Counted from the first letter of the stretch, positions 9,295 through 18,624 are shown. The stretch is DNA of 64,000 nucleotides from Bacteroidales bacterium (GCA_045639585.1 JAZUDJ010000109.1:8378-72377); one strand, 5' to 3'. Program-made: numbers and translations. Notes: generated by a model from the letters alone, not told the origin.

Positions 9295-10304
9295 CTTATA
9301 ATCTCATTGTCGCACATTGGCGTGTGATAATTTTGGTCTATCTGCTTGTTATTTATGGTATTGATGATTTTGACATCAATGCTATCTCCTGTGGCTGGAA
9401 TCTCCCACAACTGAATAAGTCCGTCTCCTCCATTTTCCAGATACTGGATGTTGAACAGCATCTGCGGGATTTCGCGTCCTTCGCAATTCTTTGAGGTTGT
9501 AAATAGTGAGAAACTATTGTGTCCACAGATCACTGCTCTGACATTATCATTCGGATAAACCAGATTCTCCCAGATTTCTTCTGGCGAGCTGTTGGGTCGA
9601 TCACCAAAATGCTTCCTCGCATAGGAGTTCTTGGTATTTTCGCGGAATCCTTCAGAGTTCAGATATTCATGTGTCAGGACGATAAATCGCTTTTCCTGAT
9701 TGTTTTCTACATAGTTACGTGCCCAATCCACGGCCTCTGGTCGTGGGGCAAACTCAAGAGTAATAATATAAAAGTCCTGACCTTTAATCTGATTACGGAC
9801 AATAATGTTGTCCATTCTGCCCGTCTCAAAATACGCTATGATGTTTTCCTGGGTTTTCGGGAAGTTAGTATATTGATTAAACAGGGACGAACTACGATCA
9901 TAGATCTGGTTCCCGTCTTTCCAGTCATAGTCATGATTACCTGTGACTGGCACAAATAATACATCCTCCGCCAAATATTTTGAGTAGTCATAGAAGACGC
10001 GGTATTGCCATTTCTCATTGCTGCTCGACTGATCTCCAACCTGCAGCACACAGTCAATCTTGTATCCTTTCTGGTGCATTCCCCTGATCCAATTGACTGA
10101 TTTCATGTAATATGGAGAATATTTATCGAAGTAAGTATACTCTTGCACATCACCCATGACAATCAAATATTCTGAAGTCGGATCGAGTGGATAGTCAAAG
10201 ATATTGCTATATGAATACGTCTCAAAGTCCGGACCACAAGATATCCATCCCAGCATGGCAAGGATACAGTAAGTTTTCTGAAGGAAGAACTTTGATAGAC
10301 GCAT
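9273..10304 (-). CDS. Calcineurin-like metallophosphoesterase, lipoprotein
   Basis: Lipobox MLGWISC. Metallophosphatase motifs GDVQ, QVGDQSS, VTGNHDY, LTHEY and ICGHNS appear in canonical order. Confidence 0.8.
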   Translation of the reverse strand: MRLSKFFLQKTYCILAMLGWISCGPDFETYSYSNIFDYPLDPTSEYLIVMGDVQEYTYFDKYSPYYMKSVNWIRGMHQKGYKIDCVLQVGDQSSSNEKWQYRVFYDYSKYLAEDVLFVPVTGNHDYDWKDGNQIYDRSSSLFNQYTNFPKTQENIIAYFETGRMDNIIVRNQIKGQDFYIITLEFAPRPEAVDWARNYVENNQEKRFIVLTHEYLNSEGFRENTKNSYARKHFGDRPNSSPEEIWENLVYPNDNVRAVICGHNSFSLFTTSKNCEGREIPQMLFNIQYLENGGDGLIQLWEIPATGDSIDVKIINTINNKQIDQNYHTPMCDNEIISYKISIF

Positions 10305-10308
10305 AGCT

Positions 10309-11118
10309 TTACTTATCGAGCCAGAAAATATTGTTTAATGTGTGTGGTGAGGTACGCTTTTCTTCCGGTGGCAACTGCATATAGTCACCATAGTAGTTAC
10401 GGAGGATTTTGTCATATCCAACTGGAGCCAGGAAACTTCGTCCCTCAAAAGGAAGACCGATATAAGAACTGAAAAGATCTTTCTCGTAAATGTTGTGGAT
10501 AGCGTGAGGGTCGGTTCCGGCTGGTGTCCCTACAAAAGCGCCATCTTTGTTAGGATTACTTGCGATTCTCTGATTGATATCCTCCGCAAGTTCTTTTGGC
10601 GAAGTGTTCAGTACCAATACTTTAGAGAGGTAGATGGCAATACGCTTCCACCACACATTCTTTGACGATGGCTTCAGGATCTTCATCCTGAATTTCGTTT
10701 TGATAGGAGTGAGGGACTTAAGAAAGTCGATAGCATCTTCTTTGGTTTCTGCCAGGCCATCCATGGGGAAAACATCTACGTTGATACCAATATTCTTGAT
10801 ATTTGCATTTTCCAGCAATAAGGTCCTTGTATCTGCGACCTTGGCATAAGGAATTACATAGTCCTCGTCCCTCCGATAATCATAGACCTTATAATAGGAG
10901 TGCTTGTATGATGCCACAAACTGCTCATAATCCACTCGTGGCAGCATAATGTCAATATCATCATCCCAAGGGATATAACCTTTATGTCTGACCGCACCAA
11001 GCAATGTACCAAAAGCAAGCGCATACTTGAGATTATGATCCTGGCAGAAGTCATGAATCGACTGCAGGATTTCAAGCTGTATGGCTTTCAGTTCTTCTAT
11101 ATTAATTGCTTTTGGCAT
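10309..11118 (-). CDS. licD: LicD-family phosphotransferase (phosphocholine/phospho-alditol transfer to glycans)
   Basis: Signature YALAFGTLLGAVRHKGYIPWDDDIDIMLPR. Length of 269 aa is typical. Confidence 0.85.
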   Translation of the reverse strand: MPKAINIEELKAIQLEILQSIHDFCQDHNLKYALAFGTLLGAVRHKGYIPWDDDIDIMLPRVDYEQFVASYKHSYYKVYDYRRDEDYVIPYAKVADTRTLLLENANIKNIGINVDVFPMDGLAETKEDAIDFLKSLTPIKTKFRMKILKPSSKNVWWKRIAIYLSKVLVLNTSPKELAEDINQRIASNPNKDGAFVGTPAGTDPHAIHNIYEKDLFSSYIGLPFEGRSFLAPVGYDKILRNYYGDYMQLPPEEKRTSPHTLNNIFWLDK

Positions 11119-12338
11119 TATTGGTAAAGATTAAGTAGTTGATGATAATAGTTGGTATCTCCATACTTTACGATGGCATCTGCTGAGATCTTCTCATAGT
11201 CAAAGGTCTTTGACCTCATTGCCATGATAGCATCCTGCAGCTGCACCTGATTGCCTGATTCAAAGACACTTCCATTACTTTCGTTCAGAAGTTCCGGTAT
11301 GCCTCCTATATTTGCTCCTAAGACCGGTGTGCCCAAAGAGAGACTCTCGATAATGGATATTGGGTTGTTCTCACTGCATTCCGATGGCAGGACCATCATC
11401 TTGGCACCAGCGACTAAAGGCTTGATTTCTGACCAGTTGAGCTGTCCTTTGAATTCAATGTTCTCTGCTTGAGCGTAAGCCGAACGTAGCTCTTTCTCAA
11501 TGAAGCCACCGCCTATCACGATGAGCTTATATGGAAGTGCTGCTGCCGCTTTGCAAAGCGTTCGTATGCCCTTGATCGGGTTCAGCTGGCCAAGATAGAC
11601 GTAGTAATCCTGCTTCGGAGCCAGAGAATCATTGACTTTATTGATGTCAATGAAATTGCTCATAACCATGAGCTTAGCGTTATCGAACCCACCGCGTTTC
11701 ATTGTATTTGCCATAAACTGGCTCGGACAGATAAATTGATCAACTAAGGATTGTAAGCGCTCAGCTGTCCACTTCTTAGCCTCTTGGTAGCCAATATATG
11801 AACCTAAAGCTCCACCATTCATACACTTGTGGCGGAGGACGGCTCGCGTATCTGCAAAGCATTCTTCGCACCATTTACCATCACGCATACAAGTGTAGCA
11901 TGGACAGACAAGTTTTGTGTCGTGGAGCGTCCAGATCACACGTATGCCACGCTCGTGAGCCAGCTCAGCGAGGATAGGAGAGAGCTGCGTGTGAATATTA
12001 TTAAGGTGGACGACGTCTGGCTGAAAATCGTCAAGGATGGCTTTGAATTTTTTCTGGACGGTGCCTAGGCCGAAAGGACGGAGCAGGGAGTCAAGTATGT
12101 GGAGGCTCGGCTTCATCTTGAATTCTGATGGCCAGTATTTGCTCCAGGGTGATGGCTCATTGAGAGGATACTGCTGTGAGAAGATAGCTACCTCATGACC
12201 GTGGCTCTTAAGCAGTTGCTCAAGATTCATGGTATAGATACAGTCACCTCCGCGACGGTAATAGAACTTATTGCAAAGGAGTATCTTCACGTCCCAATGC
12301 TGATATTTATTATTTGCTATTTGATAAGTCCTCGGCAT
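11118..12338 (-). CDS. Glycosyltransferase family 4 (GT-B)
   Basis: E-x7-E motif ENNPISIIE followed by LGTPVLGANIGGIPELL. The stop overlaps the licD start. Confidence 0.85.
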   Translation of the reverse strand: MPRTYQIANNKYQHWDVKILLCNKFYYRRGGDCIYTMNLEQLLKSHGHEVAIFSQQYPLNEPSPWSKYWPSEFKMKPSLHILDSLLRPFGLGTVQKKFKAILDDFQPDVVHLNNIHTQLSPILAELAHERGIRVIWTLHDTKLVCPCYTCMRDGKWCEECFADTRAVLRHKCMNGGALGSYIGYQEAKKWTAERLQSLVDQFICPSQFMANTMKRGGFDNAKLMVMSNFIDINKVNDSLAPKQDYYVYLGQLNPIKGIRTLCKAAAALPYKLIVIGGGFIEKELRSAYAQAENIEFKGQLNWSEIKPLVAGAKMMVLPSECSENNPISIIESLSLGTPVLGANIGGIPELLNESNGSVFESGNQVQLQDAIMAMRSKTFDYEKISADAIVKYGDTNYYHQLLNLYQ

Positions 12339-12346
12339 CCAAGGAT

Positions 12347-13255
12347 TTAACCTTCAACTACCGGATAGTTTTCCAACTCGTGACCGATAGGAGCACCGAG
12401 CCAGAGAGGGATGCCATAAGGCTCGACGATGGATTTTATATTGTCCCAGAGCTTGACGGGCATGGTCGGATCTTCGTCACAGCTGGTGAAGTGACCGCAG
12501 ACAAGACCCTTGATCTTCGAGAATACACTGCAGATCTTGAGCTGCTGCAACATGCGGTCAATCTTATATGGACTCTCGCTGATATCCTCAATAAAGAGGA
12601 GTTTGTCCTGATAGTCAAAGTCGTATGGAGATCCATGCAAACCACTGAGTACGGCCAGATTACCACCTACCATCGGCACAGGATGTGCCATTAGTTCGTC
12701 GAGGATTTCTTCTGTTTTTTCAGGATTCAGGTCTTCTGGAGACCATCCTTGATGTGGCGCGACAAAGAGCGATGCTTTCTTGAGGAACAGCAGATTATGT
12801 TTCTGAGGCCAGCTGCGATGAGCTGCATAATACTCAAGCAACTCCTTGATGGTCTGTGTGGTACGATGAGTAGGATTTTCTCCCAAGTGCTTCATCATCG
12901 GAGCATGCAGGCTCTTGATACCCGCTTTTTGCCAGAGGGCATGGAGAATCGTAATATCAGAATACCCGACGATAGGTTTGTTGGCACGACTGACCAGATC
13001 AAGAGGTAGCATCTCAATCAACTGCATACAGCCATAGCCCCCACGTGAGCACCAGATGACATCAATGCTCTTATCCTCAAGGGCTTCGATCAGATCTTGT
13101 ACTCGATCTTCTGGAGTACCGGCAAAGCGACCGTAGGATCCTTTGGCATGAGGAGCAAATGTGACGTTGTGTCCCCAGCTTCGGAGAGTTTCTGCTCCTT
13201 GGTCAATTACCTTGCCTTTGATGCTACCAGCAGGTGAGATGATTCTGATATTCAT
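12347..13255 (-). CDS. ldcA: LD-carboxypeptidase (peptidase S66, LdcA/MccF-like)
   Basis: Motifs IWCSRGGYG, VGYSDITILH (Ser nucleophile) and the C-terminal GAPIGHELENYP. Confidence 0.8.
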   Translation of the reverse strand: MNIRIISPAGSIKGKVIDQGAETLRSWGHNVTFAPHAKGSYGRFAGTPEDRVQDLIEALEDKSIDVIWCSRGGYGCMQLIEMLPLDLVSRANKPIVGYSDITILHALWQKAGIKSLHAPMMKHLGENPTHRTTQTIKELLEYYAAHRSWPQKHNLLFLKKASLFVAPHQGWSPEDLNPEKTEEILDELMAHPVPMVGGNLAVLSGLHGSPYDFDYQDKLLFIEDISESPYKIDRMLQQLKICSVFSKIKGLVCGHFTSCDEDPTMPVKLWDNIKSIVEPYGIPLWLGAPIGHELENYPVVEG

Positions 13256-13318
13256 AATTAAATAGAAGAGTATAAATGTTCAAAATCTTCAGAAATTTGT
13301 TGCAAGATCAAACACTAC

Positions 13319-13528
13319 GGTTTCGTTTGTGCGAATCTTACATGAAAGATCAGATGTCCCGACTTCGTTTGTGCGAATACTTCGTGCAGGATCGGACGTC
13401 CTGATTTCGGTTGAACCGATTTTGCATGTAGGAAGGTATCACAGAGATTCAGGCGAACCCTTCCTTGATGAAGGAAGATATCGCAGTGATTCCGTTGAGC
13501 CCTTCCATGATGCAGGATTTCAACGTTG
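13319..13528. repeat. About five tandem degenerate 42-bp hairpin units, related to the repeats at 51.0 kb
   Basis: Unit boundaries read by eye at 13319, 13361, 13403, 13445 and 13487. Units 1 and 2 share ttcgtttgtgcgaat. Later units carry ggaaggtatcacagagattc and cccttccttgatgaaggaagatatcgcagtgattc. Confidence 0.7.
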
Positions 13529-13545
13529 TGTACGTAACGTCAAAT

Positions 13546-14691
13546 TTACAGTCGTGTGGTGACCTCTTTTAATGTCTGATCCTTCCAAGGCTTAAAGTCT
13601 CCAGCAAGAATATGCTTGCGCGCCTCTCCGACGAGCCAGAGATAGAAGGCAAGATTGTGAATAGAGGCAATCTGGAGTGCGAGATATTCTTCGGCATGGA
13701 AGAGATGACGTACGTAGGCCTTGCTGTATACCTGATCGACGTAAGTAGGACCATCTTCCTGAAGTGGAGAGAAGTCATGAGCCCACTTGGCATTCTTGAT
13801 GTTAATGATACCGTGACGGGTGAAGAGCATACCGTTACGACCATTGCGAGTTGGCATGACGCAGTCGAACATATCTACTCCACGCTCAATGGCTTCAAGG
13901 ATATTGGCTGGAGTACCAACGCCCATGAGGTAGCGAGGACGATCCTGTGGCAGAATCTCGTTGACTACCTCGATCATCTCATACATCTTCTCTGCTGGTT
14001 CACCTACGGCGAGGCCACCGATGGCATTACCCTCTACGTCCATGGCTGCAATCTTCTCTGCTGCACGACGACGGAGGTCCGGATAGGTACAACCCTGCAC
14101 GATAGGGAAGAGGGCCTGATGATAACCATAAAGTCCGTTGCCCTGCTCATCCTCAGTCTCTTTGTAGCGCTTGTAGCAGCGGTCGAGCCAACGCTCGGTA
14201 AGTCCTAAAGACTTCTCTGCATACTTGTAATCTGAGTCGCCAGGAGGACATTCATCAAAGGCCATCATGATATCTGCACCGATGATTCGCTCAATCTCCA
14301 TGACACGCTCTGGAGTGAACAGGAGCTTCGAACCATCGATGTGGCTGCGGAACATGGCTCCCTCTTCGGTCAGCTTGCGATTTTCTGCCAATGAGAAAAC
14401 CTGGAAGCCACCTGAGTCGGTGAGGATAGGACGATCCCAACCGTTGAACTTATGCAAACCACCGGCTTCTTGGAGCACATCAAGTCCTGGACGCAGATAG
14501 AGATGATAGGTATTACCTAAGATGATCTGCGCCTTAACGTCTTCCTTGAGTTCCTTGAAATGCAGACATTTAACCGATCCTACGGTGCCAACTGGCATGA
14601 AGATAGGTGTCTGGATCTTGCCGTGATCGGTCGTGATCTCGCCGGCGCGAGCCCATGAGTTCTTATCGGTAGCTTGTAGTTCGAAAGTCAT
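13546..14691 (-). CDS. tgt: tRNA-guanine transglycosylase (queuine tRNA-ribosyltransferase)
   Basis: TDHGKIQTPIFMPVGT, LTDSGGFQVFS, GLAVGE; 381 aa. Confidence 0.95.
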   Translation of the reverse strand: MTFELQATDKNSWARAGEITTDHGKIQTPIFMPVGTVGSVKCLHFKELKEDVKAQIILGNTYHLYLRPGLDVLQEAGGLHKFNGWDRPILTDSGGFQVFSLAENRKLTEEGAMFRSHIDGSKLLFTPERVMEIERIIGADIMMAFDECPPGDSDYKYAEKSLGLTERWLDRCYKRYKETEDEQGNGLYGYHQALFPIVQGCTYPDLRRRAAEKIAAMDVEGNAIGGLAVGEPAEKMYEMIEVVNEILPQDRPRYLMGVGTPANILEAIERGVDMFDCVMPTRNGRNGMLFTRHGIINIKNAKWAHDFSPLQEDGPTYVDQVYSKAYVRHLFHAEEYLALQIASIHNLAFYLWLVGEARKHILAGDFKPWKDQTLKEVTTRL

Positions 14692-14700
14692 AAATGAGAA

Positions 14701-14733
14701 GTGAGGAGTTAGGAGTGAGGAGTTAGGAGTTGG
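14701..14733. repeat. 14-bp perfect tandem duplication (gtgaggagttagga x2 plus a partial third)
   Basis: Read directly at 14701-14714 and 14715-14728, then gttgg. It spans the DedA stop codon (14723-14725) and the 31-nt spacer before the tgt ATG. Confidence 0.6.
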
Positions 14734-15370
14734 CTCTCTTTGTCGCCTTATTTGCCTTGATCACCAACGAGACATAGTAGGCAAAGCCGACAGCGATGAT
14801 GACAGCGAGTGTGATCTTGACATAACCGCTGTAGTGCTGCACTTTCTCAATCAACACATCCTCAGGGATGGAGTGCCCGAAGAAAGCACCGAGTCCTGCC
14901 AGTACTGAGTTCCAGATGCCTGCACCTAAGAAAGTATAGAAGAGGAATGAACCGATATTCATCTTGGCCAGGCCTGCTGGAATGCTTATAAGCTGGCGGA
15001 TAGCAGGAATGAGACGACCGATGAAAGTGCCGATAGCGCCATGCTCAGCAAAGTAATTCTCAGCTTTCTCGACACCTGGACGATCGATGAGCAGCATGTG
15101 GCTGACCTTGGTGTCGGCAAAACGATGGATGATAGGACGACCGAGCCAGTAGGCGAGGCCATAGTTGACCAGTGCTCCAAGGATGGCTCCGATGGTGCCG
15201 AAAAGTACGATCATCGGAAGGCTGAGCGTACCCTGATTGATGGCAATATAGGCAGCTGGAATGATGATGATCTCAGAAGGGAAGGGGATAAATGAACTCT
15301 CAATGGCCATAAATAAGGTGATGACGCCATAGTTCATGTTCTGAGCAATCCAGTTATAGAGTTCCTCCAT
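14723..15370 (-). CDS. DedA-family inner-membrane protein
   Basis: FMAIESSFIPFPSEIIIIPAAY and GRLIPAIRQLISIPAG are typical of DedA/SNARE-associated domains. Confidence 0.85.
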   Translation of the reverse strand: MEELYNWIAQNMNYGVITLFMAIESSFIPFPSEIIIIPAAYIAINQGTLSLPMIVLFGTIGAILGALVNYGLAYWLGRPIIHRFADTKVSHMLLIDRPGVEKAENYFAEHGAIGTFIGRLIPAIRQLISIPAGLAKMNIGSFLFYTFLGAGIWNSVLAGLGAFFGHSIPEDVLIEKVQHYSGYVKITLAVIIAVGFAYYVSLVIKANKATKRANS

Positions 15371-15380
15371 ATTCTATTTG

Positions 15381-16730
15381 TTATTTGATTTCCTTGAGCG
15401 CGTCATTATCTCCGATGCTCTCAAAATAAGCTCGCATCAGTTCCTTGCTTGCGAAGTCACTTGGCTTCATTTTGAGCAATTTACGATAAGCTTTGTCTGC
15501 TTTCTCGTAGTGATGCAGATTGAGCGAGAGCTCTGCTTGTGCCAGCAGGAACGCCTTTGACTTTGGCTGGAGCTTGACAAGGTCATCGAGGCCTTTGAGT
15601 GCATCCTCGAAGCGACGGAGATCGGTCAACAAGGTGACGCGCAACGAGAGGTAAGTCGTATTCTTCGGATTGATAGCGATGGCATTCTCGATGTATTGCA
15701 AAGCACCGCGGATATCTCCGAGGTCGAGGGCAATTGTCGACAGGTGGAAATATCCTTCGTCGCAACTTGGCAAGCGATTGACCAGTGTCTGGTAGCACAC
15801 CATCGCGTCCTCCAGTCGGTTGAGCGAGACGTAGCACGCTCCTAAAAGATCGTAGGTGATAGCAGTTTGCTGCTCTGCTTCCTGGCGCTCCAAGTGCAAT
15901 TCCTCGTGCTCAATGTGACCTTCGGCAAACTGACGAGCGATTTCGAGATGCTCAGCAGCTTCTTCGTAATTCTCCTCCGTATAACGGATATATCCGAGTG
16001 CGAAGTTGAAGAGTGGGTTCTTCGGATCGATGGCCAATCCCATCTCGCAGCTGTTGGCACAGTCATCATAGAATTTGTTATCGAACTGACAACGAGCCAG
16101 ATCCTGCCAAGAATAGACATCGTAAGCATCCAGGTCAAGCGACTTCTCCAGCACAGGGATAGCATCCTTGCTACAACCGCAATCCATGAGCATGGCTCCG
16201 ATGCGACCGATGGCTTCTGGCATCTTGTCCTCTTTCTTAGCAGACGACTCCACCCAGGTCATTGCCTCCTTGAGGTACTTGGCAGTCAGGGTGTGAGGGA
16301 GACAGTCGAAGAGTTCGTCGATGATGTCGATGAACTCCATCAGCAATAGTTTACCATCCTTAAGCTGACGCATAAGGTAGCCGAAGGCCTCTTCCTGATC
16401 GTGCTGCATGGCATCGAGGCCGAAGCGGATGCTGATCTTGAAAGGATCTATCTCGCTGTCTTTCTGACTCTGCCAGATATTTTCAGCTTCATCGAAGCGA
16501 TGCATGTGCAAGAGCACCTTCGCTTCGATGAGCTGGATATAGTCGTCGTCAGGATGCTGCAGCAAGCCTAACTTACACGCATTAAGAGCCTCTGCAGCGT
16601 TTCCGTCATCGAGCAGGTCGTAAGCGATCTGGCCGACCTCATCTGCGCTGTAGTAGCTGGGTTTGCGATCAATCAAGTCTATCATATATTGATAATAGGC
16701 TCGCGATTTCATTGGGTGTTGCTGCTGCAT
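15381..16730 (-). CDS. Tetratricopeptide-repeat protein (cytoplasmic)
   Basis: Repeated 34-aa A/L/Y-pattern units, for example ALQYIENAIAINPKNTTYLSLRVTLL and ADKAYRKLLKMKPSD. No signal peptide. Confidence 0.8.
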   Translation of the reverse strand: MQQQHPMKSRAYYQYMIDLIDRKPSYYSADEVGQIAYDLLDDGNAAEALNACKLGLLQHPDDDYIQLIEAKVLLHMHRFDEAENIWQSQKDSEIDPFKISIRFGLDAMQHDQEEAFGYLMRQLKDGKLLLMEFIDIIDELFDCLPHTLTAKYLKEAMTWVESSAKKEDKMPEAIGRIGAMLMDCGCSKDAIPVLEKSLDLDAYDVYSWQDLARCQFDNKFYDDCANSCEMGLAIDPKNPLFNFALGYIRYTEENYEEAAEHLEIARQFAEGHIEHEELHLERQEAEQQTAITYDLLGACYVSLNRLEDAMVCYQTLVNRLPSCDEGYFHLSTIALDLGDIRGALQYIENAIAINPKNTTYLSLRVTLLTDLRRFEDALKGLDDLVKLQPKSKAFLLAQAELSLNLHHYEKADKAYRKLLKMKPSDFASKELMRAYFESIGDNDALKEIK

Positions 16731-16766
16731 CTTGGTGAAATTTAATGCTTTAACGTCTTCAAAGAA

Positions 16767-18581
16767 TTACTTAGATGCCTTCAGAGAGACTGTTCTGTTG
16801 AATACGATGTGATCATCGGTAGTGTCCTTATCGACACAGAAATAACCGATGCGCTGGAACTGGAACTTCAAGCCTTCGCGTGCTGTTCCGTCAGGAGCGT
16901 AGGTGAATGGCTGCTTCTTGACCATCTCTGCTGCGAATGGCTCAACGTATGCATCGACGACAACCTCGCTCTGAGGATTGCGCTCTGACTCGGTAGTAGC
17001 CTCCTCATCGAGGAAGAGATTGTTGTAGAGACGAGCCTCGACCTTGACTGCGTGCTGTGCTGATACCCAGTGGAGAGTACCCTTCACCTTACGGTCTGCA
17101 CCTGGCATACCGCTCTTTGACTCAGGATCGTAGGTACAGTTGATGTTGATGATCTTGCCGTTCTCGTCCTTGTCGCAAGAGATAGCCTTAATGATGAATG
17201 CACCCTTGAGACGTACCTCCTTGTCGATGGTCAGACGGAAGAACTTCTTCTCTGCAACCTCCTGGAAGTCCTCACGCTCGATGTAAAGCTCGCCAGAGAA
17301 TGGCATCTCGTGCTTGCCAGCGCCTTCCTGCTCAGGATTGTTATCCATCTCGCACATCTCAACCTTGCCTGCTGGCCAGTTGGTGATGGTGAGCTTGACA
17401 GGATCGACGACACCCATGACGCGGGTAGCCACCTTGTTGAGGTCATTACGGCCAGCATTCTCAAGTAGCACGATGTCGTTGAGCGCCATGAACTTGGTAT
17501 AGCCGATGGTGGTAATGAAGTCACGGATAGCAGGAGCGGTGTAACCACGACGGCGGAGGCCACAGAGGGTCGGCATACGAGGATCGTCCCAACCACGAAC
17601 GATGTGATTCTCAACCATGTCGCGCAGATAACGCTTAGACATCACGGTGTTGGTGAGGTTCAGACGATTGAACTCCATTTGACGTGGCTTGTAGGTGATA
17701 CCGAGAGAATCGGTGATCTCATGCTCGCCATTCTCTGGCTTCTCGTTGGCACCGAGCTTCTCGACGAGACCCTCTTCATAATGAATGTCCTTACCCTCCT
17801 TGATCAATGCCATGATTGTAGCAAAGTAGTTGTAGAGAGGACGGTGAATCTCGAACTCAAGCGTACAGATAGAGTGGGTGATACCCTCCAGGAAGTCCGA
17901 CTGGCCATGAGCGTAGTCGTACATCGGATAAGCATTCCATTTGTTGCCAGTACGGTGATGTGGATACTTGATGATGCGATACATGATTGGATCGCGGAAA
18001 TGCATGTTAGGGTTGGCCATGTCAATCTTGGCACGGAGAGTAAGCGTACCCTCCTCAAACTCACCCTGGTTCATGCGACGGAAGAGATCGAGCGACTCCT
18101 CCCAAGCACGATTGCGGAATGGAGACTCAACACCTGGCTGAGTTGGAGTACCCTTCTGTGCTGCGATCTGCTCGCTGGTCTGCTCCTCAACGTATGCAAG
18201 GCCACGCTTGATCATCTCCTCGGCCAGATCCCAGAGCTGCTGGAAATAGTCAGAGGCATAATACATGCGGTCACCCCAGTCGAAACCGAGCCAGTGGATA
18301 TCCTCCTTGATAGCATCTACATACTCGGTATCCTCGCGGCTTGGATTGGTATCGTCGAAACGAAGATTACACTGGCCGTCATACTTGGCAGCAGCACCGA
18401 AGTCCATGCAGATAGCCTTGGCATGACCGATGTGCAGATAACCGTTTGGCTCTGGTGGGAAACGGGTGTGCACCATCTTGGTAGGCGATGCAGCCACCTT
18501 CCCGGCTTTGATATCTTCTTCAATAAATTCTTCTACGAAGTTCGAACTTTTCTTTTCAATAGCAACCTCTGAAGCTTCCAT
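16767..18581 (-). CDS. glnS: Glutamine--tRNA ligase
   Basis: TRFPPEPNGYLHIGHAKA (HIGH motif), VMSKR (KMSKS motif) and the C-terminal anticodon-binding beta-barrel region. Confidence 0.95.
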   Translation of the reverse strand: MEASEVAIEKKSSNFVEEFIEEDIKAGKVAASPTKMVHTRFPPEPNGYLHIGHAKAICMDFGAAAKYDGQCNLRFDDTNPSREDTEYVDAIKEDIHWLGFDWGDRMYYASDYFQQLWDLAEEMIKRGLAYVEEQTSEQIAAQKGTPTQPGVESPFRNRAWEESLDLFRRMNQGEFEEGTLTLRAKIDMANPNMHFRDPIMYRIIKYPHHRTGNKWNAYPMYDYAHGQSDFLEGITHSICTLEFEIHRPLYNYFATIMALIKEGKDIHYEEGLVEKLGANEKPENGEHEITDSLGITYKPRQMEFNRLNLTNTVMSKRYLRDMVENHIVRGWDDPRMPTLCGLRRRGYTAPAIRDFITTIGYTKFMALNDIVLLENAGRNDLNKVATRVMGVVDPVKLTITNWPAGKVEMCEMDNNPEQEGAGKHEMPFSGELYIEREDFQEVAEKKFFRLTIDKEVRLKGAFIIKAISCDKDENGKIININCTYDPESKSGMPGADRKVKGTLHWVSAQHAVKVEARLYNNLFLDEEATTESERNPQSEVVVDAYVEPFAAEMVKKQPFTYAPDGTAREGLKFQFQRIGYFCVDKDTTDDHIVFNRTVSLKASK

Positions 18582-18624
18582 AACTTTACTATTTTATAAA
18601 TTTGTGTAATTTTATATTATGGTG

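Noticed and set aside
13319-13528. Possible CRISPR array (regularly spaced repeats); the same question applies at 51009-51186.
   Set aside because: The units abut each other with no unique spacers. They are degenerate rather than identical, there are only 3-5 copies, and no cas genes lie in the window.
13329-13562. A 77-aa plus-strand ORF with striking 14-aa internal periodicity.
   Set aside because: The periodicity follows directly from the 42-bp DNA repeat (42 = 14 codons). The ORF starts at GTG, has no -7 box and runs antisense into the tgt 3' end. The sister repeat locus at 51.0 kb has no comparable ORF.
17604-18572. Long antisense ORFs opposite well-supported genes: 322 aa opposite glnS, 277 aa at 27735-28568 opposite rimO, 212 aa at 19999-20637 opposite holB, 232 aa at 45924-46622 opposite metG, 230 aa and 223 aa at 54853-56457 opposite the C69 peptidase, and 198 aa at 13612-14208 opposite tgt.
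   Set aside because: The sense-strand genes carry unmistakable family motifs. The antisense translations are low-complexity (Leu/Val/Arg/Ser-rich) with no motifs. This is typical of shadow ORFs in the more GC-rich, codon-biased genes.
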